Below, piece after piece: positions 1-7,419 of a DNA stretch of 13,322 nt (position 1 is its first letter; each line of letters opens with the position of its first letter). The position numbers were made by a program, and so were the translations under genes. The DNA comes from Promethearchaeota archaeon. GTDB taxonomy: Archaea; Asgardarchaeota; Lokiarchaeia; Sigyniarchaeales; SOKP01. The stretch spans positions 1 to 13,322 of the forward strand of contig JABXKD010000090.1 in NCBI GenBank assembly GCA_013375475.1. The letters are read 5' to 3'. The notes beneath the pieces were generated by a model. The model was given only the letters and a program-made list of their open reading frames with translations, ran no database searches and had not been told where the DNA came from.

Positions 1-65
1 TTGGTAACGACATTTTCGTTGATAAATTAAAAAAATTGGAAATTAATAATTAAATAATTAGGTAT

Positions 66-91
66 TATTGATAATAAAAGTGTTATCAATA
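66..91. promoter_or_regulatory. Perfect 9-bp inverted repeat, candidate operator or hairpin
   Basis: TATTGATAA (66-74), 8-nt spacer, TTATCAATA (83-91), in intergenic DNA. Confidence 0.4.
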
Positions 92-301
92 TTCATTTTA
101 ACATTTTCTATTGCTTGAGATCAAAAGGATACAAACACTAAAAAATAGGCAAAGGTTAAAGCTCGAAAGATATGAGCTTATATTACATAATATTAAAAAA
201 AGATTCAATAAATAAGGTTAAAAGATTAACTAATTGTTTTCTAAAATTGGTAATAAAAATTATATGATATTGAAAAAAATGAAAAAATTGGAAATAAGTA
301 G

Positions 302-562
302 CTAAGTTCGTTTATCGATTTGCACTCTATCGACGCTATGTAAGGCACAATTCATAGTTTCTAATTTTTCTTTAATAGCCTCAAGGGATAAATCTTCTGT
401 ACCCTTGATCGTTATAAATACAGATGTAGTTTTTTGATCGATCTCATCTGTTTTTATCTGAATAAATAAAACGCCAGGAATTTCCTCTAACGCTTGTGCA
501 ACGACATAGTTTGAAGGAACGTGAGGTTTTAAGACATCTAAGTCAAATTCTATTCGACCCAT
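302..562 (-). CDS. DUF211 (COG1888) family small protein
   Basis: 86 aa. N-terminal LDVLKPH and C-terminal HSVDRV match my recollection of the mainly archaeal DUF211 signature (LDVLKPH...HSIDEV), and the length fits. Confidence 0.85.
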   Translation of the reverse strand: MGRIEFDLDVLKPHVPSNYVVAQALEEIPGVLFIQIKTDEIDQKTTSVFITIKGTEDLSLEAIKEKLETMNCALHSVDRVQIDKRT

Positions 563-657
563 TATTTAAATTTAAACCTTTTTTGAATTATAATTTGTTT
601 AATTGTATAAAATTATTTCAATAATAGATTAAATGGTATTTATAATTTATTTTTATT

Positions 658-1356
658 CTATAATAAAAATTCTTCAAGAGTTTTTATCAATTCATTTGGA
701 ATTTCGTCTAGTTCAATAATTTTATCTGCTTCTTTAAATGTTTCTCTTTTTATGAAGTTAGGAATTTTGGTATTTAATGCAATGGATCTAGAGTGTGTCT
801 TTAACGCTGCTTCAATATCACGCCCAGTATCACCGATAACAACTATTTCATCTAAATTTACATCCATTCTCTCACATATATATTTTAAGTGATCAGGGTG
901 TGGTTTAAGATTCTTAATATCATCCCGGCCAGCAACAACATCAAAATAGTGATTAATACCTACAGTTTCTAATGATGTTCTCGCATTTCTATGCGTATTG
1001 TAAGTAAACACTGCTTGTTTAAGATCATTTTCTTTTGCGAATTCTAAAACATCTATTATTCCATCTGTTAAAGTTGCCTTAATAGCTGCCTCGTGTTCAA
1101 CTAGGATTACTGCGTTATTCACTTCTTTTATAATTTCTTTAATCTTTTCATGAGTTAATCCAAGCTTGATAAAAGTTTCTCTGGAAGATCTGACAATTTC
1201 CAAAAGAGGTGTTTTACTAGAAAGAGCCTCTTTAGAGATTCCGTAATTTCTTAGGATTTTAATAGCTTTCCTTCGAGCTTTAATGGAATTAATTTTAAAA
1301 TCTATTAAAGTCCCATCTAAGTCCCAAATAATTGCTTTTATAGGTTTTGCACTCAT
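658..1356 (-). CDS. HAD-superfamily hydrolase, subfamily IA (phosphoglycolate phosphatase-like)
   Basis: Motif I WDLDGT, motif II T (FTYN), motif III KPHP, motif IV GDTGRD, with a helical cap between motifs I and II. Confidence 0.92.
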   Translation of the reverse strand: MSAKPIKAIIWDLDGTLIDFKINSIKARRKAIKILRNYGISKEALSSKTPLLEIVRSSRETFIKLGLTHEKIKEIIKEVNNAVILVEHEAAIKATLTDGIIDVLEFAKENDLKQAVFTYNTHRNARTSLETVGINHYFDVVAGRDDIKNLKPHPDHLKYICERMDVNLDEIVVIGDTGRDIEAALKTHSRSIALNTKIPNFIKRETFKEADKIIELDEIPNELIKTLEEFLL

Positions 1357-1929
1357 TCAATAAACCAGATCGGAATATATAGGTCCTTTAGGCGTAAGAT
1401 CAGACTTCTTTAATTTCACTTGGTCTACAACAAAAGGACCGAACTCTAAATTTTTATTTTCATTAATTAAGTTTTTTAAAGCACTAAAAGTTTGATAATT
1501 TATTTTATCTTTTTTCAATCTTCCTATAGTTAAATGAGGTTTGAATTGTGTTCTTCTATCTCTTTGAATATCTAATCTCTTATCTAAAAGTTCTTCGGTA
1601 GAATTTTTTATTTCTTGGAGGAATTGAATATCTCCAATGAGTTTCACCCATAGTATGGAAAACTTGTTAAATTGTCCTACTCCCTTTAGTTTGTATTCAA
1701 TAACCTTTCCTTTAAACATGTTTTCGTTTATTTCTTCTTTCAGAATCTTATATATTTTTGGTGCTAAGGATTCAGAAATGTTACCTAAAAATTTAACTGT
1801 CAAATGAAGGTTCTCTGGCGCTACAATTTTCAAATTGTCTTGATTTTGCTTTAGACGAGCAGAAAACGACTTAATTTTATCAATCGTGGTATTATCATTT
1901 AATTCAATCGCTATAAATGCTCTAATCAT
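1357..1929 (-). CDS. thpR: RNA 2',3'-cyclic phosphodiesterase (2H phosphoesterase, LigT/ThpR)
   Basis: N-terminal RAFIAI, two HxT motifs (NLHLTVKFLG and PHLTIGR) and C-terminal SDLTPKGPIY. 190 aa is typical for the family. Confidence 0.93.
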   Translation of the reverse strand: MIRAFIAIELNDNTTIDKIKSFSARLKQNQDNLKIVAPENLHLTVKFLGNISESLAPKIYKILKEEINENMFKGKVIEYKLKGVGQFNKFSILWVKLIGDIQFLQEIKNSTEELLDKRLDIQRDRRTQFKPHLTIGRLKKDKINYQTFSALKNLINENKNLEFGPFVVDQVKLKKSDLTPKGPIYSDLVY

Positions 1930-1959
1930 GATAAAATCCTGTAAAATGATAGAACTTTC

Positions 1960-2922
1960 TTACCTTTTAATTTTTCCAGGCAGATAGAAATCGTATTTTT
2001 TCTTAAAAAGTTTAGTTTTAATATATCTATCAATTTTCCTCGCATTTTGGAAAATGACCCATATCATCTTATCGTTTTTGTAGTATTTCTCGACTTCTTC
2101 AAATGTGATAGGTTCCATGTTGAACTCGCTTGCTTCCTCTTTAAAAAATTTGTTAATTTGGTCAATTATCCCCGGTATAAGCTCAGGTTTTTGTTCTTTA
2201 AAGAAGTTAGCAATTAAATCAATAGTTACCAACCGCCAATCATAGTATCGATCGACAACTTCGTCTAGAAACGCCGCTTTCACAAGAAACCTCAAAAATG
2301 AGGGTGTGCTTTTTAAAAACAATTCTGCGTCCATTGCTTCTATCCCATTTTTTCTAAACATTGGAGTAGATGTATCGAAGTAAATTAATTTAGTATCCTC
2401 TTGGATCTTAGGGTTATTTGGATCGTAACCAATAACAGCAAAGTTGGAAATCTGACCATCTAATCCTAAATTTATTGTTTCGTTGTTTTTACTATAAAGC
2501 CATACTTTTTTCATATCCCTCATCGCAAGTAAAATCAGAGTATTGATGTCTTCATTACTTACCTCATGAATTACTATATTGCCTACCGATTCAGACATGA
2601 CCTTTTCTTGTACGCAATAAAATTGAATCTTATCTTTATCGTCTTTAAACCACGTTACATCGTAATCAGGAAGAATTAATCCCACTTCTTCAGTTAAAAT
2701 TCTATTGTATTCGTTGTAAGCCCAAATATGCCTTTTAACTTGCTTTTCATTGTCAAAAATGGGGATTCTTTTATATGCTATTTGTTCTGGATCGCCCACA
2801 ATCTCAAAAACGAGGCTTATTTCGCCATAACCTAGAATTTTAATTGATACTTCCCCATTTTCTGGATTATAGGTATCGATTGATCGCTCTAACTTCCTTA
2901 AAATATCAATATCAATTTTCAT
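1960..2922 (-). CDS. DUF6206-like protein with protein-kinase-like fold motifs
   Basis: 320-aa ORF. LGYGEISLVF, AYKR, YCVQE, GLDGQISNF and YFDTSTP resemble DUF6206 (from memory) and occur in kinase subdomain order. Confidence 0.7.
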   Translation of the reverse strand: MKIDIDILRKLERSIDTYNPENGEVSIKILGYGEISLVFEIVGDPEQIAYKRIPIFDNEKQVKRHIWAYNEYNRILTEEVGLILPDYDVTWFKDDKDKIQFYCVQEKVMSESVGNIVIHEVSNEDINTLILLAMRDMKKVWLYSKNNETINLGLDGQISNFAVIGYDPNNPKIQEDTKLIYFDTSTPMFRKNGIEAMDAELFLKSTPSFLRFLVKAAFLDEVVDRYYDWRLVTIDLIANFFKEQKPELIPGIIDQINKFFKEEASEFNMEPITFEEVEKYYKNDKMIWVIFQNARKIDRYIKTKLFKKKYDFYLPGKIKR

Positions 2923-2997
2923 GTCAAATCAATTCTTTTCTCTAATATTTAATGAAATTAACCTAAATCTATATATAATTAACTCCAAATTTCAAAA

Positions 2998-4041
2998 TTA
3001 ATATTTACCTAATTTATCAACCAATGTTCTAGCAATCCCTAAATTCCGACTTGCCATTGACAACGGTTTCCAGGGCCATTCACATCCTGCGGCATATTGA
3101 TACCTACCCCCTGGTTTTCCTAATTCAATTGTTTTTTCAATTTCATTGCTTACGTCATTAATTGAATAAGTTTGACTTCCTAAAACCTGAGTATTGGTAT
3201 TTCCTCTAATACAACTTTTTTTTCCAATCTTTTCTTTAGCTAGTTTTAAATCTACTTGATAATCCAAATCTAAAATTGCAGAATTTGTGCTTGATACTAA
3301 CTTTAACATGTCTCTACCTTCTTTATCGATCACACCATTATCGCCACAAATATGGTACAAGACCGGAACATCATTTTGGATTAAGTCAAATAGATCCTTC
3401 GTTGCTTTCAAGCAACATTTTTCATATCTGTGTGGTCCAATTTGTGAGATTGCTGAATCTCCAGCTCCAATAACATGAGCTCCAGCTTCAATTTGTAATT
3501 TAGCAAACTCTTTTTGGATTGGTAAGACTCTATTGATAAGCGAGGCAATTTTTTTATCCCAATCATCATAACGGCATAAAATTAACACATTAACTAAATC
3601 AAACAAACAACAAATTTCTGCAAAAGGCGCTTCAATCCAACCTACAACGCACTGTTCTCCACCCACTAACTCAGATAATGCTTTTACAGCGTTTACTCGA
3701 TTGATTATTCTCTGGTTAGAAAGTAAGTCAGGGTCCTCGATCGAATCAAAATCAGAAATCTTTAGATGTGATTTAGCAACTGGAGTATGACTAGACCACT
3801 CAATTTCTACCCCCCATGCGCTAGCCTCACGATATGCATCTGTTGAGACATTAACATGATCAATACCAAAAAAATTAGCACATTTTATTTGCGCTTTAGC
3901 TAAAATATTTGGGTTTTGACAATATTCGTGGTTGTAATCAACTCCAAGTAAAGATGCTGCTAAATGCATTATGAATGGATTAAAGGGAATTTTTTCAGGC
4001 ATTCCCTTTATAGCTGAAAGAGTTAATTCTAACGAATTCAT
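2998..4041 (-). CDS. Uroporphyrinogen decarboxylase superfamily protein, MtaA/CmuA methylcobamide:thiol methyltransferase-like
   Basis: 347 aa with EASAWG, GWIEAPFA and QIEAGA..IGAGDS. Zn-ligand pattern H-x-C (LYHICG) plus a distal Cys (AAGCE), as in MtaA/MtbA. Confidence 0.82.
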   Translation of the reverse strand: MNSLELTLSAIKGMPEKIPFNPFIMHLAASLLGVDYNHEYCQNPNILAKAQIKCANFFGIDHVNVSTDAYREASAWGVEIEWSSHTPVAKSHLKISDFDSIEDPDLLSNQRIINRVNAVKALSELVGGEQCVVGWIEAPFAEICCLFDLVNVLILCRYDDWDKKIASLINRVLPIQKEFAKLQIEAGAHVIGAGDSAISQIGPHRYEKCCLKATKDLFDLIQNDVPVLYHICGDNGVIDKEGRDMLKLVSSTNSAILDLDYQVDLKLAKEKIGKKSCIRGNTNTQVLGSQTYSINDVSNEIEKTIELGKPGGRYQYAAGCEWPWKPLSMASRNLGIARTLVDKLGKY

Positions 4042-4064
4042 ATCACTCTATTACCTGTAGATTT

Positions 4065-4529
4065 TTATTTTTTAATTCTCTTTTTACGCGTTTGTTGGAA
4101 TTCAAGGTATACTCCAAAATCGTCAAATGTGTCAATATAGACTACTTTTCGCACACCGGCAGTGATTCCTTCATGAACGACCGAATATCCTCTTTTTATA
4201 TATTGTTTTACTATAGTATCAGCATCTTCTACATATATTCCAAAATGATGGAGACCCTTTCTACCTGAATCGATAAATTCTTTAAAGATACAATCTCCCT
4301 TTATAAGTTGTATTAATTCTATTTGGATGTTTAACGATCTACTAAAACCAAGCATAGTTTGGACCGTGGTTTCTTTTCCTCGATAATTGTACTTAGCCGG
4401 TTTATTTTCCAGATATGCAAATTTTGGTAATCCTAATTTTTCCTCAAAAATTTTAGCTTGTTTTTTAATATCTTTATATACATATCCCAACTGATTAATT
4501 TTCAAATTTCCCAGATTTAATTCACTCAT
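4065..4529 (-). CDS. VOC (glyoxalase / methylmalonyl-CoA epimerase-like) family protein
   Basis: 154 aa with INQLGYV, QIELIQ, GLHHFG and YLEF, the four VOC metal-ligand strands (Q/E/H/E). Confidence 0.85.
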   Translation of the reverse strand: MSELNLGNLKINQLGYVYKDIKKQAKIFEEKLGLPKFAYLENKPAKYNYRGKETTVQTMLGFSRSLNIQIELIQLIKGDCIFKEFIDSGRKGLHHFGIYVEDADTIVKQYIKRGYSVVHEGITAGVRKVVYIDTFDDFGVYLEFQQTRKKRIKK

Positions 4530-4619
4530 TCCAACTAAACCTTTATCAAAATTTCTTTTAAAATTTATAGTTATATTAAATTTGGATAACTTTTTATTTA
4601 TAATATTTTTTTTTCTCTC
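4530..4619. promoter_or_regulatory. Divergent promoter region (VOC / GH2) with TATA-like boxes
   Basis: 90-bp AT-rich gap between divergent starts. TTTTTATTTATAA at 4591-4603 lies about 17-29 nt before the GH2 ATG, and there is no SD, which fits a leaderless archaeal transcript. Confidence 0.45.
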
Positions 4620-6503
4620 ATGGAAAATTTAAGCAAATCTAACATTCCAAGACCAGAGTATCCTAGACCTCAATTTGTACGAGAAAACAATTGGATTAAC
4701 CTTAATGGAGAGTGGGATTTTAGTTTTGACGATGCTGATATAGGATTAAAAGAACGATGGTATAAAAAAGAAAACTCAAAGAATTTTGATAGAAAAATAA
4801 CTGTTCCTTTTTGTTTTCAAAGTAAATTAAGTGGAATCGAAGATAATTCCTTTCATGAGGTAATGTGGTATAGAAGAGTTTTTGAAATTCCCAAGCAATT
4901 CAAAAGTAAGAAGGTTCTACTTCATTTTGGAGCTGTTGATTATAGATGTTTGATATACTTAAATGGAGAATGCGTAGGCTCTCATGAAGGAGGATACGTA
5001 GGATTTTCGCTAGATATAACGAATTATCTTGAAGAATCTAACGTTTTAGTTGTTAGAGTAGAAGATCCTTCAGAAGATCTTGAGATTCCTAGAGGTAAAC
5101 AGTTCTGGAAAACTGAAATTGAGACAATCTTTTATCCGAGAGTGTCAGGTATATGGCAAACGGTATGGTTGGAATTTTTATCTCCAGAGTACTGTATAGA
5201 AGACTTAATAATTATTCCAGATGTCGATAAAACTGAAGTTGTATTTGATATTAATATGAAGGGGATTGGATTTCCAGAGCTCTCTTTGATCATAAATATT
5301 TTATTTAACGATCAATCCATCGTCCAAGATACTATTAATATAGATTTCATCGGAAAAGTTGGTCGACGAAAGAACAAGAAACTTGTGAAAGAAAAGATTG
5401 AAATGCTCAGTAGAAAAATGTTCTTCGATAATCCTTCTCGCTTCAAGTTCAAGGTTAAAATACCCGACCATCATTTACATCTTTGGGATATCGGTAGCCC
5501 GAACTTGTACGACTTCTCACTAAAAATTCAAAACGAAAAAACAAGTGAAACATATGACGAGATATCAAGTTATTTCGGCATGAGAAAGATATCAATTGCT
5601 GATTCTGGAAATAAACAAAAACGAATTTTTCTAAATGATAAACTTTTATATCAAAAACTATTTCTGGTGCAAGGGTATTGGCCTGAAAGCTTATATACGG
5701 CCCCATCTGACGAACATATTAAAAAAGATATTCAATACGTTATTGATTTTGGATTTAACGGTTTAAGAACGCACCAAAAAACCTTTGATCCCCGATTTTT
5801 ATATTGGTGTGATAACATGGGTGTACTTGTGTGGGGTGAAATAGGTAATAGTTATCGTTTCTCTGTGAAATCACAACTCCGACTTATTAACGAATTTGTA
5901 GCAGAAATTGAAAGAGATTATAACCATCCATCGATTATTGCATGGGTACCTTTAAACGAAGGTTGGGGGGTTTCTGGAGCAGAAAAAGACCCAAAAAGAG
6001 GATATTATACATCCTCTTTATATTTCTTGATAAAATCAATTGATCCAACTAGATTAATTATAGACGACGATGGATGGTGGCATACAGGGCATAACGATGT
6101 TTGTACCCGGCACTTTTATTCAAATATTGACTTATTACCGGCATCATTAGAGGAAGAAATTGATAGTCATAAAACATCGGTTCCAAAACCATATTTAAAA
6201 CCATATGAATACGAGAACGAGCCTATTATTTACAGTGAAATTGGAGGTTTTGGTTATGATTTCAAAGAAAGTATTGAAAAGAAATGGGGTTATGGAGGTT
6301 TAATCAAAGATTCCAAGGGTTTGTTTGAAAGAGTATTAGACTTATTCAAGGAATTCGATGCGAGAAAAGAGTGGATTCAGGGCTTCTGTTATACTGAACT
6401 TTACGATCAATTTCAAGAAATTAATGGTTTGCTAACTTTTGACCGAGAACCTAAATTCGCCCCACATAAATTAAAAGAAAAACTAGATACTATGTTTTAC
6501 TGA
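4620..6503 (+). CDS. Glycoside hydrolase family 2 (beta-galactosidase/beta-glucuronidase-like), probably cytoplasmic
   Basis: PRPEYPRPQ, NLNGEW, LHFGAVDY, SGIWQTVWLE, YFGMRKI, RDYNHPSIIAWVPLNEGWG (acid/base Glu) and YSEIGG (probable nucleophile Glu). No signal peptide seen. Confidence 0.93.
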   Translation: MENLSKSNIPRPEYPRPQFVRENNWINLNGEWDFSFDDADIGLKERWYKKENSKNFDRKITVPFCFQSKLSGIEDNSFHEVMWYRRVFEIPKQFKSKKVLLHFGAVDYRCLIYLNGECVGSHEGGYVGFSLDITNYLEESNVLVVRVEDPSEDLEIPRGKQFWKTEIETIFYPRVSGIWQTVWLEFLSPEYCIEDLIIIPDVDKTEVVFDINMKGIGFPELSLIINILFNDQSIVQDTINIDFIGKVGRRKNKKLVKEKIEMLSRKMFFDNPSRFKFKVKIPDHHLHLWDIGSPNLYDFSLKIQNEKTSETYDEISSYFGMRKISIADSGNKQKRIFLNDKLLYQKLFLVQGYWPESLYTAPSDEHIKKDIQYVIDFGFNGLRTHQKTFDPRFLYWCDNMGVLVWGEIGNSYRFSVKSQLRLINEFVAEIERDYNHPSIIAWVPLNEGWGVSGAEKDPKRGYYTSSLYFLIKSIDPTRLIIDDDGWWHTGHNDVCTRHFYSNIDLLPASLEEEIDSHKTSVPKPYLKPYEYENEPIIYSEIGGFGYDFKESIEKKWGYGGLIKDSKGLFERVLDLFKEFDARKEWIQGFCYTELYDQFQEINGLLTFDREPKFAPHKLKEKLDTMFY

Positions 6504-6569
6504 ACTAGTTTTATATTTCCTACAAAATAATAGATAGTTAAGATTAGAATTAATGGAAATGAAAATAAT

Positions 6570-7385
6570 ATGGCAAGACCTCTATGGTTCGTGAATTTAC
6601 TGGAAAAAACATTTCCAAATATTAAATTAATAGCTAAATTAACGAGGGTTCCAATAATAGGAAAAGTTTTCGATATATTACTTTTTGAAGGCGATGACAT
6701 TATTTACTTAACGAAAGATAAGGTCATAGCTATTAATGAAGAAGTTGAAAAGCAAGCGGAAATGGTGTTACCCTCAAAAGTTTTGGAACATTTTATTGAA
6801 AAAGCCAACTATCATTGGGTAATGAATTTCTGTATATGTCGAGATTCAATGCAGTGTAACGACTATCCAATCGATTTAGGATGCCTTTTCCTAGGAGAAG
6901 CTGTTTTAGGGATTAATCCTCAATTAGGAAGGCTTGTAACTAAGGAAGAAGCCCTTGAACATTTAAGAAAATGTAAAGAAGCAGGTTTAGTTCATATGAT
7001 TGGCAGAAATCTTTTAGATAAACAATGGCTTGGGGTAAATCCAGGGTACAAGCTTCTTAGTATTTGTAATTGTTGCCCTTGTTGTTGTTTGTGGCGGATA
7101 TCACCTGTTTTAGCGCCGAAAATTGGCTCCAAAATACAGAAAATGCCAGGCGTAAGCATAGAAGTAACAGGAAAATGTATAGGATGTGGAACTTGTATGC
7201 AAGGTATATGTTTTGTCGATGCTATACATTTAGTTGACGACCGTGCCAAAATTAGTGAAGAATGTAGGGGGTGTGGTCGGTGTGTTGAAATTTGTCCGCA
7301 AAATGCCATCGAACTTACGATTAATGATAAAGAATTCGTTGAAAAAACAATTAAGCAAATTGAAAAAATTATTGATGTTACCTAG
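6570..7385 (+). CDS. Cys-rich 4Fe-4S binding protein with C-terminal 2x[4Fe-4S] ferredoxin domain
   Basis: CICR...C...C, CNCCPCCC, then CIGCGTCMQGIC and CRGCGRCVEICP. Confidence 0.88.
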   Translation: MARPLWFVNLLEKTFPNIKLIAKLTRVPIIGKVFDILLFEGDDIIYLTKDKVIAINEEVEKQAEMVLPSKVLEHFIEKANYHWVMNFCICRDSMQCNDYPIDLGCLFLGEAVLGINPQLGRLVTKEEALEHLRKCKEAGLVHMIGRNLLDKQWLGVNPGYKLLSICNCCPCCCLWRISPVLAPKIGSKIQKMPGVSIEVTGKCIGCGTCMQGICFVDAIHLVDDRAKISEECRGCGRCVEICPQNAIELTINDKEFVEKTIKQIEKIIDVT

Positions 7386-7419
7386 TTTTATATCTTACCA
7401 ATCTTAATTCTTTAATGAA

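Noticed and set aside
1-13. Possible start of a minus-strand gene (ATG at 13-11)
   Set aside because: Only four codons are visible, too few to call as a CDS.
3276-3478. Two short plus-strand ORFs (3276-3473 and 3287-3478)
   Set aside because: Antisense shadows inside the well-supported MtaA/URO-D gene, with no recognisable motifs.
2998-4041. Calling this gene hemE or mtaA
   Set aside because: The Zn-ligand pattern argues against HemE, and without corrinoid partners or substrate evidence mtaA is not justified.
5455-5706. 83-aa minus-strand ORF
   Set aside because: Fully antisense to GH2 and has no motif.
6497-6700. 67-aa hydrophobic minus-strand ORF
   Set aside because: Overlaps the Fe-S gene start antisense; the hydrophobicity is explained by T-rich codons on the reverse of A-rich DNA.
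6992-7309. 105-aa His/Gln/Cys-rich minus-strand ORF
   Set aside because: Its composition mirrors the Cys/Gly codons of the Fe-S gene on the opposite strand.
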